Shown here piece after piece: positions 29,370-38,951 of a stretch of 64,000 nt of DNA. Origin of the DNA: a virus; IMG/VR virus record IMGVR_UViG_3300017971_000041, positions 2,677 to 66,676 of that record; one strand, written 5' to 3'. The position numbers were made by a program, and so were the translations under genes. Under the pieces are notes generated by a model. It ran no database searches and was not told where the DNA came from. It was given only the letters and a program-made list of their open reading frames with translations. How positions within the stretch are numbered: position 1 is the first letter of the stretch; the number at the start of each line of letters is the position of its first letter.

Positions 29370-29800
29370 GACAAACCCCCTATTGTGTTGGATAACAGGT
29401 GTCCAGTGATGTTTGTTGAGAATGATTCTTCTTTGGAATCTGGGTTCTCATAACAGTCTTGGCATAAAAACCGCAAGCCAGGGCCAACAGGTTTGTGGTT
29501 ACAGCATGAGCATGTTTTCCTGGCTAATGGTTTTTTCGGAACGTCGGCATAATCATTGCGGCAGGACTCACAATTTTGGATATTTAGAACGTCCTTGTCT
29601 TTGTATAAAACGAATATCTTATTACATTTTGCACACGGCTTTTTGATAGCCACGAGTTTTTTGGGTTTCTTGCCGCAAATTTTACAAGGTTGGAAAATTT
29701 TACGTTCTCGCCGTAAATGGTCTCCCCATTGGTGGCAACAGTCGTATTTGTAAAATTTCTCGCCGTTATTAATTTGAAGACGGGCTTTACGAATTGCCAT
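29366..29800 (-). CDS. Cys-rich multi-zinc-finger protein
   Basis: Start MAIRK after AGGAG; several CxxC pairs. Confidence 0.65.
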   Translation of the reverse strand: MAIRKARLQINNGEKFYKYDCCHQWGDHLRRERKIFQPCKICGKKPKKLVAIKKPCAKCNKIFVLYKDKDVLNIQNCESCRNDYADVPKKPLARKTCSCCNHKPVGPGLRFLCQDCYENPDSKEESFSTNITGHLLSNTIGGLS

Positions 29801-30191
29801 TACTTTTCTCCTTTGCTTTTTTGACACACCCAAAGTCGATGTCAGCCAGGGCGGATATGACAGCACATGTTTGGCAAGGTCTCGAGGTCCAGTGATGTGG
29901 GTCCTGTTCGATGGCTTCCAATATTGGAGCAAGACAAAGAGATCTCAACTCAAGGATCGCAGTACGAACTTGGGTCGCAAGGTTAGCAGCTTGGTCCCTC
30001 TCTTCAATTAATGCATTGAATAATTCGATTCCTTCTTCGGGGACATCAGGTAAATTACCTCCCGGCCAAGCAGTTTTCATGATCTCTGTGAACGACCCCC
30101 AAGTCAAAAAATATCCATCAAAATTGTCTAAATCTCCCTTCAGATTCGGACATGCTTCGTAAATTTTGTCCATCAATTCTTGTTCGTTCAT
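29787..30191 (-). CDS. Hypothetical protein
   Basis: 134 aa; 'DPH.W..RPCQTC' motif. Confidence 0.65.
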   Translation of the reverse strand: MNEQELMDKIYEACPNLKGDLDNFDGYFLTWGSFTEIMKTAWPGGNLPDVPEEGIELFNALIEERDQAANLATQVRTAILELRSLCLAPILEAIEQDPHHWTSRPCQTCAVISALADIDFGCVKKAKEKSNGNS

Positions 30192-30391
30192 TACACCCCC
30201 CGCTCAATAGTTAATAAATCCGCGTTCATAGCTGCCTGTAAATATGTCAGGGGAAGGAGCTGATTGTGCCAAAAGACCACATCCGTGGTTGTAACTCGTT
30301 GAACGATCATCAGAATTTGATTGTTTACGCCAGAGATTAAAAGATCTCCTGGTCTCATCTCAGCCAAGTCTCTGATTTTTTGTCTTTGCAT
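30191..30391 (-). CDS. Hypothetical protein
   Basis: Likely start MQRQK after AAAGGA. Confidence 0.55.
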   Translation of the reverse strand: MQRQKIRDLAEMRPGDLLISGVNNQILMIVQRVTTTDVVFWHNQLLPLTYLQAAMNADLLTIERGV

Positions 30392-30603
30392 GTTTGTAGT
30401 TCCTTTCAGAAAATCAAAATTAGTTATCCTACGCAAACAGAAACAGCCAAATTTAAACGTTTACAGTTGCTTGTGCTTGCACCTATCCCGTTTATAGAGT
30501 AGCGTTGAATTTTCGCTATCTGGGGAATTTATCAAAATTCATGCCAATTTTTTTATCGTGCTGAAAGACAAATCTGGCATGAAAATTGCTATTTAATATT
30601 CAC

Positions 30604-30632
30604 GTTATATCTCGAATCGATCCTGATGTCAA
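30604..30632 (-). promoter_or_regulatory. Sigma70-type promoter
   Basis: TTGACA-N17-TATAAC. Confidence 0.65.
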
Positions 30633-30642
30633 TAAAAATCCC

Positions 30643-30671
30643 GGGAGACAGACAAGATTTGTCTGTCTCCC
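30643..30671 (-). terminator. Hairpin terminator
   Basis: GGGAGACAGACAA / TTGTCTGTCTCCC. Confidence 0.65.
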
Positions 30672-30677
30672 AAAATT

Positions 30678-30914
30678 TTATTTCAGGAGCTTTAAATTGG
30701 CAAGGATATTGCTTATAGCCACATCAACTACGACCCGATCCGTCGTTGGAAGAGACCCCGTTCGATCTTCGATTATTTCGAGATTGTCAGAAATTACTGT
30801 AGCGATTTGATTAATCTCGGTTCGGGTTTCAGTGGCTGCCATTTCAATGTCTTCTAATTCAAAATCAGTATACAGTAGATCGATAATTTTTTGGAGCTTG
30901 TTAGTTGTCGTCAT
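30678..30914 (-). CDS. Hypothetical early protein
   Basis: CAA-rich leader, GGAGG, promoter TTGACC-N17-TATAAA at 30960-30988. Confidence 0.7.
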   Translation of the reverse strand: MTTTNKLQKIIDLLYTDFELEDIEMAATETRTEINQIATVISDNLEIIEDRTGSLPTTDRVVVDVAISNILANLKLLK

Positions 30915-30996
30915 GTTGTTTCCTCCGTGTTGTTGTTGTTGTTTTGTTAATCATGATTATTTATACAAGACATCAATAGAAAGGTCAACAGAAATC

Positions 30997-31086
30997 CTAG
31001 CCATGACCAAAATTTTTGAAATGAGCGTTTTTAATGTTGGAATTAAGGATGGTGGCCTGGTTGTTGATGAGTTCGATTCTGTTCAT
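30997..31086 (-). CDS. 29-aa small ORF (MNRIELINNQATILNSNIKNAHFKNFGHG)
   Basis: CAA leader, AAGGAG RBS, promoter TTGACA-N17-TATATA at 31133-31161. Confidence 0.5.
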   Translation of the reverse strand: MNRIELINNQATILNSNIKNAHFKNFGHG

Positions 31087-31431
31087 TTTGTTTCTCCTTG
31101 TTGTTGTTGTTTGTTGTTCATCTTGCTTTATATATATACCACGGGTCCTTTAAGATGTCAAGAAAAATCCCAGATTTTTTTTAAAAATTTCCACGGTCTT
31201 AGCTCTCGAAAATCCGATGCTGTTTGTTTTTAGATAGCTAGCTATCGACATTAAAAACAGGAACCATAAATCAGACCTGGCTGTCTGTACGAGAGATGCC
31301 GTCAACAGCAGCCAGACTCGATATTTAGAACGTATTTCTTTTGTCGATAGCTAGCTATGAACGAGATCTCCAAACATGATTTTTGAGCAACTGAGCAGCA
31401 GAAAAAAACTCTAAAAAATCCGGGGTTTTTC

Positions 31432-31460
31432 TTGACAAACCCAAGCGGCTTTGGTATATA
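31432..31460 (+). promoter_or_regulatory. Sigma70-type promoter
   Basis: TTGACA-N17-TATATA with TG extension. Confidence 0.7.
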
Positions 31461-31503
31461 TCAAGCACAACACACAACAACTTACTAACGAAAGGAACAA
31501 AAC

Positions 31504-31875
31504 ATGAAAAAACAACTAATTCAAAAAATTTACAATCTCGCCGCCGCACCAGGAACTGCAGGAGAAGGATTTGCTGCAATGACAAAATTGGCCGCTCTCC
31601 TCAATAAATACAACTATAACATTAATGATTTCGGCGGCCCGATCCCGGGATTCGACCCGAAAACGGGTCCGACCACCGATGACGCTTCTGATGAAAAATC
31701 CGAAGAAATTCAATATGTTACACCTAAAGAAATTGCTGCAAAAATGGGCATCTCCGCAAAAACTCTCCGCGCCCGTCTTCGCAAACATATCAACGATCTT
31801 CCGATCTCCGAACACGAAAAACGTTGGGTGTTTAAGGCTGAAGATATTGATTTTATTATCAATATCGTCTCCTAA
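31504..31875 (+). CDS. DUF2786-like N-terminus plus shared HTH-like C-domain (paralogue 3)
   Basis: Full-length paralogue of 26741-27109. Confidence 0.8.
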   Translation: MKKQLIQKIYNLAAAPGTAGEGFAAMTKLAALLNKYNYNINDFGGPIPGFDPKTGPTTDDASDEKSEEIQYVTPKEIAAKMGISAKTLRARLRKHINDLPISEHEKRWVFKAEDIDFIINIVS

Positions 31876-31893
31876 TACACAATCACACAACTC

Positions 31894-31920
31894 GCCCCCG
31901 TCGTTCGACGGGGGCTTTTT
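31894..31920 (+). terminator. Intrinsic terminator
   Basis: GCCCCCGTCG-TT-CGACGGGGGC-TTTTT. Confidence 0.8.
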
Positions 31921-32808
31921 CGGGGGTTTTTAGCGTAGCTATGAGACGAGATTGAATGATTGTCCACGGTGGGTAGGATCCCTCGTGTTTGCATTTATGT
32001 TAAAATGTCGGCGGCCTGACAGCGCTTGTTGACCAGTTCCTCAGGAGCTGTAAATCGCGGCATATTGACGAGGGGATAGCTAGCATACCAGGTTGTCGAT
32101 TGTCGTGAAAATGGGTTGCTAAACCGCCGTGGTACGCCCACGCCCGTAAGACAGCTGTACTCCTGAATACCACGGTAGTCGACAGTGTCGTATGCCAGCT
32201 ATCCACCAGGATAATGCATGCTCTGAGGACTCCGTGGTTGACTCACAGGACAATGAGAGCAGAACACCTTCAGACCTCCGTGGTTGTCAGTATTTTTATT
32301 AGTTGAGTATGGCTATCCGCTTTTTCGGTGCTCGTTGTAAATCTTATTTAACAGCGTCAGGGGGGTACAGGCCCTTGAAGGTCCCTCAATGCGCGTATAT
32401 TCGACTCAGATCGGAAATGCATGTTCATGTATTCAATTGATCGGCGCCCGTCAAATACCGTCACTGACAGCGTTATAACAGGCTGGTTGTTCAGCTCGCG
32501 ATATTTGAATGCTAATTGACAATGCATGTTATGATATTCATTGTATGTCGATAGGTCGATATTCGTCAGCTGAGGCTCTGCATTTTTCAATGTCCTGATA
32601 AAAAAAATGATATTGTCGAACGTCATATTATGAGTCTGGGTTTTGTTATTGGATGGTGTCACGAATACGTCTGGGATATCGTTGTGAGAGGAGCCAGATA
32701 GCCGAAAATGGCAATATTGGAGCTGTACTCAATGCTTGCTATTCGGGCTGGTTTTGACCAAAAAAAATCGAGCGAGACATGCGTCTCGCCCGATTTTTGT
32801 GTTGTGTG

Positions 32809-33288
32809 TTAGATGATTTTTTTGATAATTTCAAGCGTATAGCGAATGTTAAAAACCCATCGTCCCTCGATTTCAGTCGGGGGCAATGTTTCGCCGTTGT
32901 CGCGCAATTTGCGCAGTTTGCGTCTGATTGATTTTTGATCGATGCCTGTTTTGTATGCAATGTCTTTCATCGTGAACGTTACAGGCGTGTCAGGTACGAT
33001 TATGACAATGATCGGGCGCGAGGTTAATTCTTCACAATTTGCGGAGACAGGCAGGTCGTTTTCGACGAAGACAGCGTAATCAAACAGGGTCTCGTTATGT
33101 TCGTGAATTAATTCAGGATTTTCAATTTTTGTTTCTGTAATCGTTACGTTCATGTCAGCCTCCAAATGTTTGATTTTTTTAATGATAAGACGTTTCGCCA
33201 TTTTGTTTGATTTGAGTGATTTCAGGCCTGCAATGTTGCGCAGTTCGTTCAGTCGAGTGAAGAGTTCGTTTGTAGTTGCGTTTTTCAT
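32809..33288 (-). CDS. Shared HTH-like C-domain protein (paralogue 4)
   Basis: Start MKNATT after AAAGGA. 'FTMKDIAYKTGIDQKSIRRKLRK...LP...GRWVF'. Promoter at 33349-33377. Confidence 0.75.
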   Translation of the reverse strand: MKNATTNELFTRLNELRNIAGLKSLKSNKMAKRLIIKKIKHLEADMNVTITETKIENPELIHEHNETLFDYAVFVENDLPVSANCEELTSRPIIVIIVPDTPVTFTMKDIAYKTGIDQKSIRRKLRKLRDNGETLPPTEIEGRWVFNIRYTLEIIKKII

Positions 33289-33948
33289 TTTGTTTTCCTT
33301 TCGTTTGAGTTGTTGTTGTTGGTCACGTTTTCTGTTAATCATGCTTCTTTTATAAGAGAGATCGGTCGTGATGTCAAAGAAAATCCTAGATTTTTTTACA
33401 TATTAGGTAAGTTTTTTCAAAATCAGAAATAACGTACTGAATTTGTTGGACAAATCACCCAACTCCAACTGAGGTCCTCAAATCAGCCACGTTGGGAGAT
33501 CGTCCTTATGTGAATAGTACGTATCGTCTACCGCTCCGATCTTCTCGTCTGGCTTGACTCACTCCGCGGAAACGATTCCTATTTTAATGAATAAAAATGC
33601 AGGTATGGCGTTTAAAAAAGCCACGGTGTGAGGGCTCGAAAATGGTGAGTATTTTTATTGTTCGTAGCTGGCATACGGGGGAAAATTAACAGAGCACATT
33701 CGAGCTCTGAGGCGGTTGGACTATTCCATTTTCGTTATTGATTTAAAAGTGGAAGTTTTGTTGGGTAACAATGGAGAAATTCGCCAATGGACACGGTTCA
33801 TTGCGCCGATTTTGAATTCTTACGTCCCGTCTCTTATGCTTGCTATCCACGTCCGTGTGGAGCCGTATGATGCATTAAAACGTCTCTATTTAATGATTCT
33901 AAAAAAACGATTCGCGGACGGGTACGCGAATCGTTTTTTTTTAGAATT

Positions 33949-34284
33949 TTACATAGGTGTCAAGAATGTTGCATGAATACGGTAGAATTTGTTTGTGTGA
34001 GTTCGTATCAATATCAGGTTAGTACGTTTGATATGGTGCACAATTTCGACAAATTCACATGTATGAAATGTGGGAGCATATTCATCGATTTTTGCATCGA
34101 TTATGAACGTTTCAGACGTGTTAATCGGTTGTGCAATCATCAGGAATGACAGGCGTTCGAGTTTGTTGTAGTCAAATAGTGTGTTTTCGAGTTCAAACAG
34201 GCAAGATTTGCAGATAAGTACGTTCATGTGGATTTTCAGGTCGTCGTCGTTGTGGAGATTTTGACAAAAATAACAATGTTTCAT
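33949..34284 (-). CDS. Hypothetical protein with N-terminal CxxC...CxxC
   Basis: Start MKHCYFC after AAAGGA; promoter at 34337-34365. Confidence 0.6.
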   Translation of the reverse strand: MKHCYFCQNLHNDDDLKIHMNVLICKSCLFELENTLFDYNKLERLSFLMIAQPINTSETFIIDAKIDEYAPTFHTCEFVEIVHHIKRTNLILIRTHTNKFYRIHATFLTPM

Positions 34285-34359
34285 TTGATGTCCTTTTGTG
34301 TTATGTTGTTGTTGTTTCCCGTCGTTCATGAGTATATTTTTACCAAATTTTGTTCGTGG

Positions 34360-34425
34360 TGTCAACAGAAAAAATGGATTTAAAAATCTTTTTTAAATCC
34401 ATTTTTTGTCGATTTTCTGTTGACA
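34360..34425. repeat. Inverted repeat joining two back-to-back divergent promoters
   Basis: TGTCAACAGAAAA...TTTTCTGTTGACA enclosing AAAATGGATTTAAAAA / TTTTTAAATCCATTTT. Confidence 0.75.
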
Positions 34426-34494
34426 TCCGCTCTAATTTCTGTTATTTATATATTCATGAACGACAACAATAACACAAAAACAGAAAGGGACAAC

Positions 34495-34773
34495 ATGAAC
34501 GAAAAACGCGATTTACCCGAAATAACTGATCGTGATCTCTGTGAATTATTTATTGATCAATGTGCATTGTTTGACCCCTCACATGTCAAAAACATTATGT
34601 CTCGTCTCGACCGTGAACGTGCGAATTTTCGACAAATTTACGACATCATGGAATCAATCGGATTTGACTCAATGTACGATCATTTCCTCGATTACACTGA
34701 ATTCGATGATCTGTCGATTGACATTGAACATGTTTGCTATAACGCTGTCGAATTATTGATGAAAAAATTGTAA
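34495..34773 (+). CDS. Acidic hypothetical protein
   Basis: Promoter at 34420-34448, RBS, downstream hairpin near 34781-34813. Confidence 0.65.
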   Translation: MNEKRDLPEITDRDLCELFIDQCALFDPSHVKNIMSRLDRERANFRQIYDIMESIGFDSMYDHFLDYTEFDDLSIDIEHVCYNAVELLMKKL

Positions 34774-34830
34774 CGATAACAAAAAATGCGATGTCTTCAC
34801 GAATCGCATTTTTGGCGGAAAATTTAGAAT

Positions 34831-34905
34831 TTTTGGAATAGAGATTGCATCGGAGAAATGGAATAGAAATTGCCGGAGAGTTTTGGAATAGAAATTGCAT
34901 CGGGC
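34831..34905 (+). repeat. Three direct repeats at 25-bp period
   Basis: GGAATAGARATTGC at 34835, 34860 and 34885. Confidence 0.75.
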
Positions 34906-34946
34906 TTTTTTGTTGACAAGAAAAAATAAAAATGGTAAAATTAACT

Positions 34947-35000
34947 AACACTCCGAGTAGAATTGACTTCTCCTTAAGTCAGTGTCTGTACTTCTTTTTT
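34947..35000 (+). ncRNA. Candidate small RNA of about 55 nt with a CUCCUU loop
   Basis: Promoter TTGACA-N17-TAAAAT at 34913-34941; no ORF; stem TGACTT/AAGTCA around CTCCTT; ends in T6. Confidence 0.5.
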
Positions 35001-35272
35001 GACATGGATAGCAAGCGATCTGATGTTCTATAAACTCGTTATGTACGCAATATAGACCGCCCTCTGATCGAAATTTCCCAGACATCAATGACATTTAATC
35101 TCCATTTTCGTAATTTTAAATCAGGCCGTTAAATAGCGAATTTTCAACCTGGATAGCTAGCTATCCGTGTATTGTAAACGTGCTATATTTGCTGAATAAA
35201 CCAGATCTGGGGCGAGATTTAAGAGACATCACACAGAAAAATCTCGCCCCAGAATTTATAATCCTTCTACGA

Positions 35273-35674
35273 TCAATTCAAAGAGTTGATGTCTGTATTT
35301 CTTACTATTAGCCACGGTCTTTGCAAGCGTCTGGCAGCTGTTGCAGTCAGTAACCAACTCGCTGTAGCCAGCGACCAGTTCGTGATGCATCGTGCATTTT
35401 TCGACGTTAAGACGTTCACAACAGTGCCTTCTGACGACTTTCTGTACAACGAAGCAACCTCCTCGTGGTTAGTATACATGTCCCCGGCATGTAAATATTG
35501 TTCCGGAGAAATTAAAGTATCGATTTGATCATAAGGAATCAGGACGTCAATGTCCGAAATCCCCTCGACATAATCTCCAAATACAAAAGATCCGGTTATT
35601 TTTCCTGACATAAGAAATTTTACAGGAAGACATTTTTTATCTTGTATTGCTCGTTTGATTTTTTGGGATATCAT
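35273..35674 (-). CDS. Pol-beta-superfamily nucleotidyltransferase-like small protein, possibly frameshifted
   Basis: 'ITGSFVFG......SDIDVL' motif. Confidence 0.6.
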   Translation of the reverse strand: MISQKIKRAIQDKKCLPVKFLMSGKITGSFVFGDYVEGISDIDVLIPYDQIDTLISPEQYLHAGDMYTNHEEVASLYRKSSEGTVVNVLTSKNARCITNWSLATASWLLTATAARRLQRPWLIVRNTDINSLN

Positions 35675-36045
35675 GATTTGTCTCCTTTGATTCCAATGTA
35701 ATATCCGTGTTTCCTCGGGGTCTTACGGATCAGTTTTGGTCTGGACATAACAGCTTGGTATTTCAGAGAAACTTTGTACTCAAAATATTCCCGGGTCTGG
35801 GTCCAACCACGGGTGTTGGGTCTTTTAGGTGGTCGAGATAGTTCGACGTCCATGGCACCAATGAAGCTGTCAATGGCTGCTATCAAACGTATATCATTAA
35901 CCCGTATCGTGTTGACCGCTTTTTCAAATGCCTTTATTTCTTGTTCCAGTTTGATCTGTTCTTCGATCATTTTGCGTAGAGTTGCGGCAGCAGTGACAAG
36001 AGAGAGACCTTTCCCGGATTTAAATTTCAGAACTTGGTTGTCCAT
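35671..36045 (-). CDS. Hypothetical protein
   Basis: RBS AGGAG; coiled-coil N-terminus. Confidence 0.65.
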   Translation of the reverse strand: MDNQVLKFKSGKGLSLVTAAATLRKMIEEQIKLEQEIKAFEKAVNTIRVNDIRLIAAIDSFIGAMDVELSRPPKRPNTRGWTQTREYFEYKVSLKYQAVMSRPKLIRKTPRKHGYYIGIKGDKS

Positions 36046-36053
36046 GTTTTCTC

Positions 36054-36629
36054 CTATATTTTACTGTACAGTTTCAGAATGCATTCACGGGTTGCTCGAA
36101 CATCGACCAATGCATCATGAGCCCCCTCGAGGTCTACCTTCAGTACATTACAAACCGTTTGCAATTTATAATTTGGGAAAATGAATTCTTGTCTCCGGAG
36201 TTCATACATCAAACAAATCTGCCGTAAATCCAAGAAAGCAGAGCGGATGAATGAGAACCAATATGGGTCGTTATTTTTCAAAAAGAACGAGCTGATGAAT
36301 TGACAATCAAAATCAACATTTTGACCACACAAGACAAATTTGTCGTTTCGGTTATATGGGTCCACATATTGAGATAAGAATTTCTTGAACTCGTAGTATA
36401 CTTCATCCCCGGGCGCGAAACCTTCCATATCTTGTTTTGCAATGCCATGGACAGCCAATGATTTGTCGGTAATCGAATCAAAATTGAAGGGCCGGATATT
36501 CCGTATAAACTCGAACACTGACGACTCCCCATTGACAATAATTTCGGCAAGAGCAGCCACTTGGATGACGTCATTTTCTTTAGGATCCAACCCCGTGGTT
36601 TCTGTATCCATCCACAAAAATTTAAACAT
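36054..36629 (-). CDS. DEDDh 3'-5' exonuclease
   Basis: 'DTETTGL', 'GQNVDFD', 'AHDALVDV'. Confidence 0.92.
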   Translation of the reverse strand: MFKFLWMDTETTGLDPKENDVIQVAALAEIIVNGESSVFEFIRNIRPFNFDSITDKSLAVHGIAKQDMEGFAPGDEVYYEFKKFLSQYVDPYNRNDKFVLCGQNVDFDCQFISSFFLKNNDPYWFSFIRSAFLDLRQICLMYELRRQEFIFPNYKLQTVCNVLKVDLEGAHDALVDVRATRECILKLYSKI

Positions 36630-36630
36630 A

Positions 36631-36960
36631 TTAGCGCCTCCTATAATAAAGTTTTTCGGTAGAAAGTAAATAGTTGTAAAATCGAACTAAGAAAATTTCT
36701 CGGGTTGGGATTCGTCCCCAGTATAATTGAAGCTTTTTTAATTTGTTGATTTCTCGAGTCAGGTTACCCCGCTCAGGGCCCTCGCACGTTGGTTCTCCAC
36801 GTTTTATGATACAGAACTCATATACCAAGAGGAAGTACTCATTCATTGTATTTTTCATCGTGTTAAGGTCCTGAAAGCGGATATCCCGTTCAACGATCTC
36901 GAGGACAAATCGCTTGAAATCCTGCAATGTACAATTGATTTTTTGTCCATTTATTATCAT
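36631..36960 (-). CDS. Hypothetical protein
   Basis: 109 aa, coupled to the ligase. Confidence 0.55.
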   Translation of the reverse strand: MIINGQKINCTLQDFKRFVLEIVERDIRFQDLNTMKNTMNEYFLLVYEFCIIKRGEPTCEGPERGNLTREINKLKKLQLYWGRIPTREIFLVRFYNYLLSTEKLYYRRR

Positions 36961-38150
36961 TTATCCCATCGCCATCCCTTAAATCGTGGTTGTCGGAGTG
37001 AGCCTTTTTTCGTTTCTTCTTTATACTCGATTGTAGCAACTACGCCCATGAATCGATCTTTGTTTTCCCAAATGTATGAACGGACCAGGGTTTTTTCATT
37101 GCCTAAAAGGACCGACTTAAATCCCGTCCCAACCCGAACTTCTCGATTTTTATACTGGACGACAATACCCCCGAGCGACCCTTCGTTTGCCCCCGTCCCC
37201 TCGTAGAACCCGATAACTCGACAATCAACGGATTTTATCGGGACTCGCCTTTGCCAATCATAACCACGTTTGTCTTTGTACAGTGAATTTGGATCATAGA
37301 TTACGATTCCTTCCTCTCCATCATTAACACTCTGGGCGAAAAATAAATCGAGCTCCTTAAATGAATTAATCGGGTAGTGAGGAATGAGTTGGATGTGACT
37401 TGAACCCAACACTCCCGTCTCGAAATGTTCAGCTAATATGTTATAACGTTCGGCCTTTATAGCCTCCACGGATGGGATGTCAAAGACATTCAAAATCGCG
37501 GTTGGAAGTTGTTGGTGGTTGCGAATCAATCCCGAGGCGGAATCGAAGTGGTGGCCTGGGACTGTAATCTCGGCGTCGAGTTCGTATGGATACGATTCCA
37601 ATGCTTCAAGCAAATGGTCGACTCCAAGGACTTCATGGCCAGACCGTGTTACGAGCTTTCCCCCTATGTATCTTCCTCGGACTCCGTCTTTTTTGACTGC
37701 AGCCAGGACCGGGATTTTTGTGCGTTTTTTCTTATACGATTTTAAAAGCATTACCGAGGGCTTTTTTGACCCATCGAAAGTCAATGGAATGAGGCCGGGG
37801 AAAACGGTATTAATTGTCCGAATTCCAATACCAGCCCGGAGATCTCTGTCGATAATACGCTTTGCCAACTCACATGTCGGTCCGTCCATTGCTTGCAAAC
37901 ATTGCCGGACTTTCATTTCAGCTTCGGCCCCAGATAATTCCCTCGTGGATAATAAATCGAGCATTTGAAAAAACGAATCCTCGAGAATGTTTACGGAGCC
38001 AGCCCCTCTGATGTCAGGAGCTGTGATAAAATATTTTTTAAAAGGATTGTATGTATATTCTAAGATCTCCCGTAGGTGATGATTTTTATTTAAAATTTCT
38101 TGTTTCTTATGGCCGGATGCACGACTGATACAATCAATGATCTCTAACAC
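36957..38150 (-). CDS. ATP-dependent DNA ligase
   Basis: 'KKDGVR' motif I, 'LDAEI', 'VFDI', 'EGIV', OB domain 'VGTGF', 'SLRQPRF...RWDK'. Confidence 0.93.
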   Translation of the reverse strand: MLEIIDCISRASGHKKQEILNKNHHLREILEYTYNPFKKYFITAPDIRGAGSVNILEDSFFQMLDLLSTRELSGAEAEMKVRQCLQAMDGPTCELAKRIIDRDLRAGIGIRTINTVFPGLIPLTFDGSKKPSVMLLKSYKKKRTKIPVLAAVKKDGVRGRYIGGKLVTRSGHEVLGVDHLLEALESYPYELDAEITVPGHHFDSASGLIRNHQQLPTAILNVFDIPSVEAIKAERYNILAEHFETGVLGSSHIQLIPHYPINSFKELDLFFAQSVNDGEEGIVIYDPNSLYKDKRGYDWQRRVPIKSVDCRVIGFYEGTGANEGSLGGIVVQYKNREVRVGTGFKSVLLGNEKTLVRSYIWENKDRFMGVVATIEYKEETKKGSLRQPRFKGWRWDK

Positions 38151-38210
38151 AGTTCCCCCTTTCGACTAATGTCATGTATTCTCACGACATTAGTAGAAGT
38201 ATGATTTTTG

Positions 38211-38516
38211 TTATATGAAGCCCAGGTATTCGAACAATTGCTCAGGCGTAAAATCGTAGATCAGATATGTAGCCATAATATAATTTGCCTCGTCGACTGT
38301 CCACAATTGACTATAAAAGTTCAGTTGTGCAGCCAATAATAAGAGATTGTTCGTGTTGATGGATTTTTCCGAATGAGTTGCCAGGACCGCCTTAAAGCGG
38401 TCAATTTGCGAGAGAATGTCAGCGTCGGTAACAATATAACTCTCCATAAAGCAGTGTCGTTCCTTGTCCTTTAAAGCAGTGTAACGTCTTAATTCTTCTA
38501 CGTCCCGAAATTTCAT
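38211..38516 (-). CDS. Hypothetical protein
   Basis: RBS AAGGAGG. Confidence 0.65.
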   Translation of the reverse strand: MKFRDVEELRRYTALKDKERHCFMESYIVTDADILSQIDRFKAVLATHSEKSINTNNLLLLAAQLNFYSQLWTVDEANYIMATYLIYDFTPEQLFEYLGFI

Positions 38517-38531
38517 AATTCCTCCTTGTTG

Positions 38532-38951
38532 TTATATGTCCAAAATTTCAATCAAATCTTTTTCATAGCGACTGTCAAATTTCCATGTTTTGTTAGAAAG
38601 TCGAGGGGGGAGTTCGTAAGATTTTTGTTTCCTCAAAATTTTACGAATTTTTGAAGGTTTCATGTTCAGTTCTATTGCAAGATCAGCAGGTGTTATGATT
38701 CGAATTTTGTTTTCGTGCAATTCACAATTAATTGTTCTTCGACAAAGAATCGTAACAATTCGTGTGATTGAATGATCGGAGAGATTTAAATTTTCGCCGG
38801 TCAAAGAGTCAGCAAAATCACGATAATGAGCAGGACCCTCTTTTGAGATATCAATTTTCTTTTCGGAGCAGGTATCGAGTAAATTTTGATACATAGAATC
38901 GTGTTTTTTATTTATGTAGTTGATGTCGTTTTTAATTTGTGATTTTTGCAT
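38532..38951 (-). CDS. Shared HTH-like C-domain protein (paralogue 5)
   Basis: 'ITPADLAIELNMKPSKIRKILRK...LP...TWKF'. Promoter at 38984-39012. Confidence 0.75.
   Translation of the reverse strand: MQKSQIKNDINYINKKHDSMYQNLLDTCSEKKIDISKEGPAHYRDFADSLTGENLNLSDHSITRIVTILCRRTINCELHENKIRIITPADLAIELNMKPSKIRKILRKQKSYELPPRLSNKTWKFDSRYEKDLIEILDI

Noticed and set aside
32000-33976. ORFs 32000-32206, 32357-32662 and 33716-33976 as genes
   Set aside because: They lack the RBS and promoter pattern of neighbouring cassettes and overlap the non-coding repeat tracts.
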